In this document: in pieces, positions 32,907-43,276 of the stretch | Numbering within the stretch: the first letter of the stretch is position 1 | Layout: every line of letters starts with the position of its first letter | IMG/VR virus record: IMGVR_UViG_3300031999_000029 | Coordinates: 1-53,065 of that record | DNA: 53,065 bases | DNA from: a virus | Taxonomy: Duplodnaviria; Caudoviricetes | Strand: one strand, 5' to 3' | Notes under the pieces: generated by a model | Databases searched by the model: none | What the model was told of the DNA's origin: nothing | The model's input: the letters and a program-made list of their open reading frames with translations, nothing else | Position numbers and translations under genes: made by a program

Positions 32907-34740
32907 CGTTGTCAATAATGTCTCTACCCGATTTTCGGTTGTAGACCAAGCGTCGCAACCGCTCGCGGCGATGTCCGGAGCCGCCGGCCGCATTTCCGGC
33001 ATGTTTGATCGCGCTTCGTCCGTACTCGGTTCGTTCGGCGTGTTGGCCGGAGCCGCTGCCGGGGCGTTTTCCGCCGTTGGCGCCATTAAAGGCACGATCG
33101 GCTTTCTGGAGTCGGTAAAGAAAGTTCGTGACTTCACAGGCATGGCGGCGAAAGAAGCCGGGGGGTTGATCGACGTTCTCGGGGATGCCGGGATCACGGG
33201 GCAAGAAGCCGTGACGGCGATGAACCGTCTCGCCATGGCTGGCAATAAAGCGAAGATGGCTGCCACCGGTTTCGGTGGCGCAACGCGCGGGAATCTGAAT
33301 CTCTTTAAGCAGTTTGGTTTGGCGGGGAAGACGCCGCAGCAACAATTTATGCAGCTCGCAAAGTCGGCACAAGCCCACAAGTTGTCGATTCAACAGTTGC
33401 AACAGCTCTATCGACTGCCCCCCGAAAGCGCGAGAAAGCTCATTAACGTACTCAAAGAGGGCCCAGGCGAGATCAAAAAACAGATCGACGAGTTTGACAA
33501 GCTGGGGATTTCTACCGACGAGCACGTGAACAGCGTGGCTCGAATTCAGAAATTGCAACGGCAGATCGCGTCGGGGTGGGAAAAAATTCAACTCGTGTTG
33601 GTGACGGAGCTTCTCCCGTACATTGAAGACGCCATGGATTACGTGGTGAAGAGGCTGCCGGAGTGGATCGAGAAAGCCAGAGAGTACGGGAAGATGTTCG
33701 GCGACTTTTTGCGCGAGCACCTCGACCTCGTCAAAGCCATCGGCAAGGCGATGATGCTCAACTTTTTTCTCCAAAAAGCTACGGGTCAAGGGCTTGGCGC
33801 GTGGGGAGGAAAGGCGGGGGGTCTCGCCAAGCGCTTTCTTGGTCAAGCGGGTGGCGCGGCAATAGATCCGATGTCTGCTGGCAGATTGGGGCGGGGTGCT
33901 GCGGCATTAGGAAAAGGGGCACTAGCGACGCCACGAGCGATTGCCGGCGAGTTTACGTCTTTATTCGAGCGCATCGTAGCCCGGTTTTCAGGTGCGAAAG
34001 TGTTGTCGGGAGAGTCTTTGCCTTTTGTCAAAGCAACGCCGATATGGGCGCGCATCACCGCAGGTCTTGGTCGTGTGTGGCCGGGGCTGCTGCGCTTTAC
34101 GACGGCAGCGTTGCGACTGGCGGGACCATTGGCGCTGCTGATGCTCGTCATCACTATCATATGGAAAGCCGTCAGCTTGATTCGAAGTAACTACGAGGGC
34201 ATTCGCACGCATATGTCGCAGCTCATCGAAACCATCATGGCTCGGTTTTCTGTCATTGGCGACATGCTCAGTCCCATTTTCGATGTGTTTGGTGATGAGG
34301 GCATCATAGGCAAGTTCTTCACACAGACCGTTTTCGTCGTGATCATGGCTTTAGGGGATATGCTGGACGGGATCATGCACGTCATTCAGACGATTATCTA
34401 CATGTTCTCGCACTGGACCAAGCTCGTCACGCATCCGATTGAGACGATGAAGAAGGGATGGGCAGAGACAGCGCGCCTCACTGCCGAGAAGGAGCGCCTA
34501 GCCGGAATCAAGGCGGCTATGGATCTCGGGCTAGAGCGCAAGAAGAAGACGGATGACGCCACCGCCGAAAAGCCTCCGGAGAACCACATTGATTTCCGTG
34601 GCAGCAAGTTCGACATCACGCAAACCTTCGCCGAGGGTTTCGATCCCGATCGTATCGCCGTCGCTTTCTCGAACGACTTGGCCGCGCTTGCTGATAAAAA
34701 AATCGGCCAGGGGTTCAATCCGTTGTTTTCGGGAACGTGA
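32899..34740 (+). CDS. Tape measure protein
   Basis: F.VVDQASQPL N-terminus, Ala/Gly-rich helical sequence with hydrophobic segments; synteny. Confidence 0.85.
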   Translation: MVDVVNNVSTRFSVVDQASQPLAAMSGAAGRISGMFDRASSVLGSFGVLAGAAAGAFSAVGAIKGTIGFLESVKKVRDFTGMAAKEAGGLIDVLGDAGITGQEAVTAMNRLAMAGNKAKMAATGFGGATRGNLNLFKQFGLAGKTPQQQFMQLAKSAQAHKLSIQQLQQLYRLPPESARKLINVLKEGPGEIKKQIDEFDKLGISTDEHVNSVARIQKLQRQIASGWEKIQLVLVTELLPYIEDAMDYVVKRLPEWIEKAREYGKMFGDFLREHLDLVKAIGKAMMLNFFLQKATGQGLGAWGGKAGGLAKRFLGQAGGAAIDPMSAGRLGRGAAALGKGALATPRAIAGEFTSLFERIVARFSGAKVLSGESLPFVKATPIWARITAGLGRVWPGLLRFTTAALRLAGPLALLMLVITIIWKAVSLIRSNYEGIRTHMSQLIETIMARFSVIGDMLSPIFDVFGDEGIIGKFFTQTVFVVIMALGDMLDGIMHVIQTIIYMFSHWTKLVTHPIETMKKGWAETARLTAEKERLAGIKAAMDLGLERKKKTDDATAEKPPENHIDFRGSKFDITQTFAEGFDPDRIAVAFSNDLAALADKKIGQGFNPLFSGT

Positions 34741-34748
34741 GATAGGCC

Positions 34749-35867
34749 ATGGGTAGCCCGAGTTCATTGTCGATTAAGGAGCTGACCGGAGAAAGGCGAA
34801 AGCTGATCTTGCAGGGGCGGGCGCTCCCCTATAGGCCGCTCAAGCTCTCTGGAAAAATGCGTGCCGAATTCACGTGGTATCCCGGTAATCCGATCGCTTC
34901 GATTCAAATGCTCGGTACGCAAGAGGACGCGACTACGATCAACGGCATGTGGAAAGATCGCTTCTTGAAGACTACCACGGACAGCGGTTTGCCCGTGTTC
35001 GGACAGACTGCCGTGGCTCTCTATGAAGGGGCCGCAGTGCGGGACGTTTCCGATCTGGCGAAGGTGGTCGACGGGTTTCGCATGCGCGGACAGCTTCTCG
35101 AAGTGAAATGGGACGAAATCACCCGTCACGGCATCATGACGCAATTCGAGCAGACGTGGCAGCGGCGCGAAGACCTAGAGTGGTCGATTGAGTTTCAGTG
35201 GTCGAGTCGTGGCGAATTGGTTTTGCCCGTGGGTTTTGGCACGTCGTTGTCGATCGTCGACATCATCAACAAGATTCTTAACGCCGTTCAGGCGCTTTTA
35301 GACGCCGTGCAGGTGATCAAAGACGCGTTCGCCATGGTGGCGTCGATTATCAACCTCGTGAACAACGCCATCGACGCGATCGCCGATGCCGCCGCCGAGC
35401 TTTCGTCGATGGCGCAGCAGTTCGTCAATCTGGCGATGTCGGGTCCGGAGACGTTTCGCAAGGTCATTTCGACTCTGGAAACATTCAAAGACGAGGCGCA
35501 GTCGATCGTTTCGGCGTTTCAAAGTATTCCGGCTCGGGCACAGCGTGCCGTCACCGACGTTTCAACGGTCACTCAGGAGCAAGCAATCGACTCGGAAGAG
35601 AAGACACGCAAGGCCCGTCTTGCCGCCCGCAAGTTGCAGCGAGAAGCTGCTCGCCAGCAACAAGAGATGCTCGCCAACTCGTATCAACAGGCCACGCTCG
35701 CCGCGTTCGTGGCGCGCGAGGGACAGGACTTGCGCGACGTGTCGTCGCAATACTACGGCACCGCGAACGAATGGCGCCGTCTCGCGACGTACAATCACAT
35801 CAGCGGGAGCAGGCTCCATGCCGGCACGGTGGTTTTGGTGCCGAAACTCGGAACGGAAGGAACCTAG
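34749..35867 (+). CDS. Baseplate tube-initiator protein with C-terminal LysM-like domain
   Basis: YPG near N-terminus; EGQDLRDVSSQYYG...WRRLA.YN...G..V.VP. Confidence 0.75.
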   Translation: MGSPSSLSIKELTGERRKLILQGRALPYRPLKLSGKMRAEFTWYPGNPIASIQMLGTQEDATTINGMWKDRFLKTTTDSGLPVFGQTAVALYEGAAVRDVSDLAKVVDGFRMRGQLLEVKWDEITRHGIMTQFEQTWQRREDLEWSIEFQWSSRGELVLPVGFGTSLSIVDIINKILNAVQALLDAVQVIKDAFAMVASIINLVNNAIDAIADAAAELSSMAQQFVNLAMSGPETFRKVISTLETFKDEAQSIVSAFQSIPARAQRAVTDVSTVTQEQAIDSEEKTRKARLAARKLQREAARQQQEMLANSYQQATLAAFVAREGQDLRDVSSQYYGTANEWRRLATYNHISGSRLHAGTVVLVPKLGTEGT

Positions 35868-35869
35868 TC

Positions 35870-37672
35870 GTGCCGAGCCCGATTTCCGTTGCGTCTGTCT
35901 ACTACCCGAGTCTCGTGGTCAACTGCCAGATCCGCTTCGACAGCAAGCTCACGATCGCCCAACCGATTTCTGCGGACGAGCTGGCAGACAAAACCGGAGA
36001 CACGGAGCCCTCGTCGGTGCCACAGCCTCTCATTCTCTCGAAGTCTGGCAAAGACGACATGAGCGTCGTGGTCGGGCTCGTGCCGGTATCCGCCTCCGTC
36101 GAGATCCCCGGATACCGCAACGCCGGGTCGTTCGAGCTGGAATTTCTGTTTCGAGACTTCCCGATTGATCCGCGTGCAGTTCGAGCGATCGGCGTGGCAA
36201 TTCACCTCGACGCCGTGCCGGCTCTCGAATGGTCTTTTGGCATGACGGGGCACACCAGTCTCGGGCGCCGACGATCGATTGCTCAAACGACCGTCGACAA
36301 TCTGCTCTTAGCCGGTGTAGTCGACGACATTGTGACTGAGTACAACGACAGCGGCAGTCGCGTGAAGCTGTCGGGGCGCGACTTGCGCGGGATCCTGGCC
36401 GATACGAGCGCGACTGAGAAAACACTGAAGCAAATCGATCTGCGCGAGCCGCTAGACAAAGTGATCAAGCGGCTCGTGAACGAGCTGCACCCTCTCGGCA
36501 AGGGCATTCAAGTCGAGATCGATCCAAGCGAATGGCCGGATAAAAAGGTGCCGACCCCCTATGTCGAAGGGGATCTCACCCGTCCAAATTTCGACGCCGC
36601 CGGCCCTACAAAGCAGACGTCAAAGAAAAGCTCCGGCTCGAAAACCCCCTCTAAAACGAAAGGAGAGGCTGGGCGGATCAATTTTTGGGATCTAATCGTT
36701 CAGTGGTGTTTTTTGTGTGGCGCCGTGCCATATTTTGTTGGTTCAAATCTTCGGCTCCGGCCAACCCTCAATCTCTACGATCAACGCCGTCTCGACAAGG
36801 CTTTCGATCCTCGCTTCCCGACTCCGTTTTCAGGGGGTCACCCGAGAGACTTGGATCCGCCAACGGTGAAAGAATCGGAAACATTCGGATACCGGCGACT
36901 CGTTTTCGGTCGAGACATTGCCTCGTTGAAGTTCGATCGCAAAATTGGTGGCGTCAAGGTGCCTGTAATCGAGGTCAGTTCGATCGATACGGACAACACT
37001 ACAAAGGGGGTGAAGCAGAGATGGATCAAGGCGCAATACCCATCCGAAGAGGAAATCGAAGCCCGAGCCACGACCGTCGGCCCTAGCGGGGAAGCTGCCG
37101 AAACCTCTGTTTTGAGAGTGGCATACCCCGGTTGCAAAAATCAGGATCAGCTCTTGAGAGTCGCCAAGTCTCTACACGCCGAAATCGGGCGCCAGGAAAT
37201 CGGCGGCTCGTGCGAGACGAAGAACCTGGCGAGCTTCGGAGGCTCGAACCAAGATGCCGACATGCTCAAGATTCGACCTGGCGATCCCGTCGAGATCCGC
37301 ATGGATGGCTCAGGTCTCGGGACGTACCCGCCGATTATTTCGGAGCTGAACCAGCACTCGGCGCGGAGCTTCGAGGAAGAGGTCAAAGAGGTGGCGGCGA
37401 GACTCGGTGACGAGCATTTGGCCCGCGTGCTCGTCTCCACCAATCGGAAGATGATCACGGAGTTGCAACAGACGTTCCGCGTGGCCAACGTCCGATTCAC
37501 GTGGGATTCGAAATCGGGAGCCAAAGTCGAGTTCGATTTCCAGAACTACGTTGAAGCCCGTTTCACTGATCCAGACGACATGCCCGCACTGGTTCCGATT
37601 CCTCCGGCGTCGGTTCCGATTCCTCCGGCGTTGGTTCCGATTCCTCCGGCGTTGGTTCCGATTCCAGAGTGA
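35870..37672 (+). CDS. Baseplate hub protein (gp27 / gpD-like)
   Basis: GTG 35870; G.VD...VKLSGRDLRGIL.D and IRPGDPVEI motifs; synteny. Confidence 0.72.
   Translation: MPSPISVASVYYPSLVVNCQIRFDSKLTIAQPISADELADKTGDTEPSSVPQPLILSKSGKDDMSVVVGLVPVSASVEIPGYRNAGSFELEFLFRDFPIDPRAVRAIGVAIHLDAVPALEWSFGMTGHTSLGRRRSIAQTTVDNLLLAGVVDDIVTEYNDSGSRVKLSGRDLRGILADTSATEKTLKQIDLREPLDKVIKRLVNELHPLGKGIQVEIDPSEWPDKKVPTPYVEGDLTRPNFDAAGPTKQTSKKSSGSKTPSKTKGEAGRINFWDLIVQWCFLCGAVPYFVGSNLRLRPTLNLYDQRRLDKAFDPRFPTPFSGGHPRDLDPPTVKESETFGYRRLVFGRDIASLKFDRKIGGVKVPVIEVSSIDTDNTTKGVKQRWIKAQYPSEEEIEARATTVGPSGEAAETSVLRVAYPGCKNQDQLLRVAKSLHAEIGRQEIGGSCETKNLASFGGSNQDADMLKIRPGDPVEIRMDGSGLGTYPPIISELNQHSARSFEEEVKEVAARLGDEHLARVLVSTNRKMITELQQTFRVANVRFTWDSKSGAKVEFDFQNYVEARFTDPDDMPALVPIPPASVPIPPALVPIPPALVPIPE
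37583..37666 (+). repeat. 21-nt tandem repeat x4 (PALVPIP) at the hub C-terminus
   Basis: Consensus CCGGCGTTGGTTCCGATTCCT. Confidence 0.95.
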
Positions 37673-37693
37673 GGCTCGCGGTGCAGATTTAAC

Positions 37694-38386
37694 ATGAGAA
37701 AAACCCGCATATCTCGCACTCCGGACGTTCATCGCATGGGCATGGCGATGTCGTATCCCGGCATCGATCCGCGCACGTGGGTCTCGCTCGCCGTCGCTCT
37801 CGGTGACTCCGTCGTCGACAAAGATCACGGCGTCTACGTCGACGTGCAGCTCTTGCCGACGGGGGAAACGATGTCGGCGCGCGTGTCGGCAGACTACGTC
37901 GGCCAGGGCTTCGGCTTCTACGCAAAGATCAAAGATAACGACGATCTCGTGGTGGTCGTGCCGTCGGGAGACTCGGCACACGGGCCCGTCGTGGTGGCGC
38001 GACTGTGGTCTGCCGCCGATACGCCCCCGACCGAAGCTACCGACGATCCGACCGAAGTGATGCTCGTGATCGAGAAGGACAAGAGCTTGCGGCTCAAGGT
38101 AACTGGTTCTGGCAAGCTCTTCCTCGATGCGCCGGATGTCAGTATCGGGGATGTAGAAGCTGACGATTCCAAAGTCACGATGCTCGACGGCTCAAAGAGC
38201 GTCACCATTGCCGAGAATCTGCAAGATCTCTACGAAAAGGCTCTTGTTGGGATCAAAGCCATTTTCGATAACCATACCCACTCGACAGGCACCGGACCGT
38301 CCGGCCCGCCACTGGCTCCGAACGCCGCATTCCCCGCATGGGATTCCGCTATCAACTCCACAAAGATCAAGATGCCGAACGGGTGA
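37694..38386 (+). CDS. Baseplate central spike (gpV / gp138-like)
   Basis: OB-fold-like N-terminus (VDVQL...G.GFY...D.LVV..P.GD) and apex HxH motif DNHTH. Confidence 0.82.
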   Translation: MRKTRISRTPDVHRMGMAMSYPGIDPRTWVSLAVALGDSVVDKDHGVYVDVQLLPTGETMSARVSADYVGQGFGFYAKIKDNDDLVVVVPSGDSAHGPVVVARLWSAADTPPTEATDDPTEVMLVIEKDKSLRLKVTGSGKLFLDAPDVSIGDVEADDSKVTMLDGSKSVTIAENLQDLYEKALVGIKAIFDNHTHSTGTGPSGPPLAPNAAFPAWDSAINSTKIKMPNG

Positions 38387-38389
38387 CAG

Positions 38390-38902
38390 ATGCCGGGCAA
38401 GGTCGCAAACACACTCATCAACGGGCTCGCGAGCATGGGCATCTTTTCTACCGAGCCCGCTGCGATCCAAGGGTGGACGAACGCTTGGAATACCTACTTC
38501 ATCGACGCGGTGTGCAACGGCATCCCGATCAATGCGGCAATTTTGCCAGTAGCGAAATCCGCGATGATTGGCGCGCTAGCCGGGCTCTCGGGCTCTATGG
38601 GCACGACTATTTTGCAGGCTGCGATCTTTGCCTGGTGGGGAGCGCTCGCGCCGCCGGCATCGGTCTTTGCCGGTGCGTTGGCGATTGTTCCGCCACCGGG
38701 GCTTGCTGCCGTCAAGGCCGACATCGAAGCGGCGGCGAACTACAACCGCGACAACAAACTGTCGACGAATGCGGCATTCACGAACATCGTGAGCGGCGGG
38801 GTTCCGCCGCCACCGGGTATGCCGAATCTTGGCTTGCACATTTTGAACCTAACCGGAGCATTGGCGACCTTTCCTCTCGGAATCACGGCGCCGATTTTAT
38901 AG
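38390..38902 (+). CDS. Spike-associated hypothetical protein
   Basis: 170 aa, Ala/Gly/Pro-rich, follows the spike gene. Confidence 0.6.
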   Translation: MPGKVANTLINGLASMGIFSTEPAAIQGWTNAWNTYFIDAVCNGIPINAAILPVAKSAMIGALAGLSGSMGTTILQAAIFAWWGALAPPASVFAGALAIVPPPGLAAVKADIEAAANYNRDNKLSTNAAFTNIVSGGVPPPPGMPNLGLHILNLTGALATFPLGITAPIL

Positions 38903-38911
38903 GAGAGACCG

Positions 38912-39757
38912 ATGACGTTACAACTTGGTTGGGGTCTCGACCCGTACGGCACCGGAGGATTTGGCTCGGCGCCGTCAGTCGTCGGCGTGAGTTTCGTTTC
39001 GGCGGTAGCTTTGAGCACGAACGAGGTGCGCGTCACGCTGTCGGCCGAGCCTCTTCACACGGTGTCAGTGGGAGAGGGCGACGCCTTCAACCCGAACACG
39101 TGGACGGTGCAGCGTCTCGACACGCTTGAATTTTTCAACGTCGTTCGCGTCGACGAAATCTCGCCGACCGTCTACAAGCTGACGGTGTTGCAGCCGTTCG
39201 GCTCGGCTCTAGTGGCTCACCAAGTATCTTCGGCGACGCTACGCGACGCCGGCGGCGGGATCCTATTGCCTCCTCGAAAAGCGAATTTTGCGGGGGCGTT
39301 AGCAGAAGAGACCGCGACACCAGATGCGAAACTCGCAAGCCAGAACGCGCAAGTACGAGACGTCGCCAATCCGCCGCTTCCCGTCAGCGCTCCGGATTTG
39401 ATCGGTGGCACGCTTGTGGTCGGCGCGTCCGGCGACTACGAAAACGTGTCCGGTTCGGACCTGCTTCGGAAGCTGATCATTCGTAGATTGATTACTATGC
39501 CCGGAGACTTCTTTCATCTCCCCGATTACGGAATCGGGCTACGAGTGAAAGAGCCGATCCCGTCCGGGGATTTAGTGAAGCTCAAGGCCGACATCGATCA
39601 GCAAGTGTTGGCCGAGCCCGAAGTGAATAACGTGAACACTTTCCTCTCCCTCACAACCGATAACGTGCTATACGTGCAGGTTCGGGCGCAGTTGAAAAAC
39701 ACGGGTCAACAAATAGAGATCGGCGTGCCGATACCTACCTCCGGAGTTGTACTATAG
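38912..39757 (+). CDS. Baseplate wedge protein (C-terminal gp25 / gpW-like)
   Basis: GDY..VSG...LRK.I.RRL.T.PG...H.PDYG.GL. Confidence 0.78.
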   Translation: MTLQLGWGLDPYGTGGFGSAPSVVGVSFVSAVALSTNEVRVTLSAEPLHTVSVGEGDAFNPNTWTVQRLDTLEFFNVVRVDEISPTVYKLTVLQPFGSALVAHQVSSATLRDAGGGILLPPRKANFAGALAEETATPDAKLASQNAQVRDVANPPLPVSAPDLIGGTLVVGASGDYENVSGSDLLRKLIIRRLITMPGDFFHLPDYGIGLRVKEPIPSGDLVKLKADIDQQVLAEPEVNNVNTFLSLTTDNVLYVQVRAQLKNTGQQIEIGVPIPTSGVVL

Positions 39758-39766
39758 GAGACAGCC

Positions 39767-40975
39767 ATGCCGGACTTTCCGTCGTTCAATGACTTGTTTC
39801 GACTCGGGCGCGATGAAGTGCTCGTGCGCAACGCGCGCATCTCTCGTGAAGCAGTCGAGCGAGACGGCATGGACGCCAACATTCTTGTGGCTGCCGCCGC
39901 CGCCATGGCTGACGAAGTCGTGGGCCAACTCACCGATTTGTCGGCCGCTCTCTATCTCGATTCCGCTACGGGTACGGCTCTCGATCGTCTCGTGTTCGAT
40001 CGATACGGCATGACCCGCAAACCGGCGGCGGCGTCGTTCGTGTCCGTGTCGTTCTCGACCACGGTGGCGAGCCCGACCACGTTCACGATTCCGACCGGAA
40101 CGATCGCGCAGACGGCGCAAGGCGTGCAATTTGTAACCATCGAAGACTCTATTTTCTTGGTCGGCACCGTCGGTCCGTTGGTTGTCGGAGCCCGCAGCGT
40201 GCTCGCTGGTGCCACACAAAACGTCATCATCGGTTCGATCAACAGCGTCGTGAGCACGATTCCGAGTGCCGCGAGCGATCTCGTGGTCACGAACCCTCTC
40301 GCCTCTGCCGGTGGCGACGACTCTGAAAAGGACGAGGCGCTTCGCGATAGGGCGCGACGTTTCTTTGCCGCCGCACGACGCGGCACCAAAGACGCCGTTG
40401 AGGCGGCGGCTTTGGGTGTTCCAGGGGTGCGAAAAGCGAGCGCGTTCGACGTGATCGATTCGCTTGGGCGCCCGGCGCGGTTTTCATTGCTGTCGGTCGC
40501 CGACGCGTACACAGAGCAGTTTGCGGACTACAGCACGGTGCCGCCACGCTATCAGTTGCAAAGTCAGCTCTTGACGTCCGCCGTCTACGACGCTCTCAAC
40601 AAATATCGAGCGCTTGGGATTTTCGTTCAGGTGACGGTTGCCAACGTCATTTTGCAGCCTGTGCAGCTCGCCCTCACGTTCTTAGCCGGAGTCGATGTCA
40701 ACCTCGCGTCGCTTCAGGCCCGCGCCGCCATTGTGACCTACATCAATTCGTTAGCTCCAGGGAAGCCGTTTCTCGTCGTCGACGCGAGCGCGGTGTTACG
40801 AACCATTCCCGGTCTCGTATATACCGGTACAGAGCTTTTGAGCCCGGCGGGAGACATCGTCGCCAAGCCGCTTCAAGTGATCCGCGCTTCTCTCGGGTTG
40901 GTGAGCGCTCTCGCGGCGCAAACCAATCTTCCGATCATCACCGGGACCAATCCGGATGCGTACTCGCTCGCGTGA
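39767..40975 (+). CDS. Baseplate J-like protein
   Basis: LDSATG.ALDRL, GGDDSE.DEALR.R and RGT..AVE.AAL.VPGV. Confidence 0.9.
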   Translation: MPDFPSFNDLFRLGRDEVLVRNARISREAVERDGMDANILVAAAAAMADEVVGQLTDLSAALYLDSATGTALDRLVFDRYGMTRKPAAASFVSVSFSTTVASPTTFTIPTGTIAQTAQGVQFVTIEDSIFLVGTVGPLVVGARSVLAGATQNVIIGSINSVVSTIPSAASDLVVTNPLASAGGDDSEKDEALRDRARRFFAAARRGTKDAVEAAALGVPGVRKASAFDVIDSLGRPARFSLLSVADAYTEQFADYSTVPPRYQLQSQLLTSAVYDALNKYRALGIFVQVTVANVILQPVQLALTFLAGVDVNLASLQARAAIVTYINSLAPGKPFLVVDASAVLRTIPGLVYTGTELLSPAGDIVAKPLQVIRASLGLVSALAAQTNLPIITGTNPDAYSLA

Positions 40976-40982
40976 GGATTGA

Positions 40983-42146
40983 ATGGCCGAGATTTCTAAC
41001 CCGATCGTAGCCCTTACGGAACAGGATTTTTTGGACCTGATCGATCGGGTGTTTCCCGAGCACTATCTTGCGCCGTTGAAATCTCCGGGGCCGGGATATG
41101 AAATCCTCCAAGCCTACGCAAAAATTTTCGCCCGAGCCTCTCGCGCCATCGAAATTGCCGGCCAGAACGCGCAAATTGCCACGGCTGCGAGCGGTTCAAA
41201 AGCGACCGGGACGGTGTTTTTGTCTCGGCCGTCGCCTCATCCGGACGGGATCGCGGTAGTGGTCAAAGCAGGTTCGACCGTCACGTGCAGTATCGGTGGG
41301 CAAGACTTCGTGACGCTGCAAGATGTCGCCTTCGGGCCGACCGACTTGGGTCCGTTCTCCGTGCCAATTCAAGCGATCTCCGTGGGCTACGAATGGAACG
41401 TAAAGGGGAGCGTGCTGACTGCTTCCGGGGAGACGCTGCCGGGGGAGATCGATACGATCAAGGTGTTGATCGAAGCGCCAGACTACGGAGACACCACGAT
41501 CACCGTTTCCCAAACCACGGACACGACTGGCGGAACCGACGCCGCTCTCGATGCGCTCGGAAGCGATCGCGGATTGTTGCGTCTCGTGAATGAAACCGAT
41601 GCCGCCTACAGGGCTCGTTTGCGAGCGCTGCCAGACACCGTCAGTCCCGAGGCTTTTTTTCGTGTGATCACCACTCTACTCGGAACGTATGGCGCAGGTT
41701 TCGACATTATCGAGACGTGGCAAATCACCTACCAAACCTGTTGGGACGCTCCGACGCAAACAATTTCCGGGTCTCTTTACGATCCGAATTTGTTCTGCTA
41801 CGACGATCCTCGCAACCCTTATCCGTTTCGCAACCGATGGCTTGACGAATCAGACTTCCGTGGCGGAATCGTTGTCGTGGTCGAGTCGATTCAGCCCTTG
41901 ATAGACACCGGAATGGTGTGGGACGACGCCGCGATCAACGCGGCTGCCTTGATGAGCGTTGCTTCTGGTGGCAAACGCTCCGTCGGTGCGTGGGACGTGC
42001 CGAGCAATCTCGGCTTCGGCTTCCTTCAGGGGGGCTTCGATGGGTTCGACCTTCAACTCCAATCCGTGTATAAAGGGCTACTCGACACCCTTCGTCAAAT
42101 CGTGGCGGCGGGGGCGGCGGTAGCAGTAGAACAGAGAGGGCAATAA
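40983..42146 (+). CDS. Second baseplate wedge protein (J/I-like)
   Basis: KATGTV...G..V and LDALG.DRG..R...ETDAAYRARL. Confidence 0.72.
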   Translation: MAEISNPIVALTEQDFLDLIDRVFPEHYLAPLKSPGPGYEILQAYAKIFARASRAIEIAGQNAQIATAASGSKATGTVFLSRPSPHPDGIAVVVKAGSTVTCSIGGQDFVTLQDVAFGPTDLGPFSVPIQAISVGYEWNVKGSVLTASGETLPGEIDTIKVLIEAPDYGDTTITVSQTTDTTGGTDAALDALGSDRGLLRLVNETDAAYRARLRALPDTVSPEAFFRVITTLLGTYGAGFDIIETWQITYQTCWDAPTQTISGSLYDPNLFCYDDPRNPYPFRNRWLDESDFRGGIVVVVESIQPLIDTGMVWDDAAINAAALMSVASGGKRSVGAWDVPSNLGFGFLQGGFDGFDLQLQSVYKGLLDTLRQIVAAGAAVAVEQRGQ

Positions 42147-43261
42147 TGGCAAACAACGCTTTTGACCGTACCATCATCAACACGAGAGAGCGCCCGGCGT
42201 CTAGCGACATCAACCGATTGGTGTCAGAATCCGATCGCACTCTGCGCGAAGTGCTCACTCAAATCTTCTTGAGTCGCGCAGTCATCTACCCCGACGATGC
42301 GGCAGCCCCGATCACCGGATTCGTCGGTGGCGGTTTCAAAACAAGACCGGCAGGTCCACCGGCTATGGCAGCCGTAGTCAAGGCCGGAATTGGTTTTGTC
42401 TATGATCCAGCGACGGCATCAGACATCAACGGCATCTCGGGAGTGAATGACCTTTCGCAGTGGAAGCCCATCACTCTGAACGCCGATCACCAATTCAACT
42501 TGCCTGCTGCGCCGTCGGCGCCCAACACTCGAATCGACATCATTGAGGTCAAAACGAACCGCTTGGTGGGCGAACCAAGTTCCAGAGACGTCCTCAACAT
42601 CAGCACAGGCGTGTTCGATCCCGCCTCCGTTAATAAAACCCTGTCTTGGAGTCTCGACAACAATATCGGACAAGTGACCGATCCGGCACAGTCGACAGCC
42701 GCCCTCAGTCTCAAAATAGGAGTAGCAGGAAACCCGGGCCTGGAGCCGAGCCCGTCCGCTGGTTACACTAAAATTTCGCGCATCAATGTGGGGAGTGCGC
42801 CAATCACAACACTCGATGCCGACACAATAGTAGACTATCGCCGGATGCTTTGCCCCGGAGGCACCGGACAATTCGCAGCCATGATCACTATGGCAGCAGG
42901 GGGAATCCCTGTGATTATGACGCGGCTCCACGCACCGCCAGGATTGGTGGTCTCTGCGGTGGGCATCAGCAACAACCCTGTTTCTGTCGAGTTGTATTTC
43001 TTCCCCGGTGACGCCACAATCGCGTCCCCTTTGTGCGTTGCGAACGCGATTGCTGCGGGGACTATTCAGACAGCGACCATAGGATTGTCCGCAACCGGGT
43101 TGGTGGATTCTGTCATTCAATCGGCGGTGGCGGGCGTGAACGCTTCGCCACAAGTGAAGGTCGCCATAGGGCAACCCTACTGGAAATTCCTACTTTACTG
43201 CGTCGCAAACGGAGCCGCTACTCTTAATTCGTTTCAAGTCGTCGGCCACATGATGCTGTAA
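42146..43261 (+). CDS. Baseplate or tail-fibre attachment protein
   Basis: A......RIDII motif, synteny. Confidence 0.6.
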   Translation: MANNAFDRTIINTRERPASSDINRLVSESDRTLREVLTQIFLSRAVIYPDDAAAPITGFVGGGFKTRPAGPPAMAAVVKAGIGFVYDPATASDINGISGVNDLSQWKPITLNADHQFNLPAAPSAPNTRIDIIEVKTNRLVGEPSSRDVLNISTGVFDPASVNKTLSWSLDNNIGQVTDPAQSTAALSLKIGVAGNPGLEPSPSAGYTKISRINVGSAPITTLDADTIVDYRRMLCPGGTGQFAAMITMAAGGIPVIMTRLHAPPGLVVSAVGISNNPVSVELYFFPGDATIASPLCVANAIAAGTIQTATIGLSATGLVDSVIQSAVAGVNASPQVKVAIGQPYWKFLLYCVANGAATLNSFQVVGHMML

Positions 43262-43276
43262 CAGAGAGACATACCC

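Noticed and set aside
37583-37666. CRISPR-like array
   Set aside because: Units are contiguous without spacers and in frame within a CDS; no cas genes
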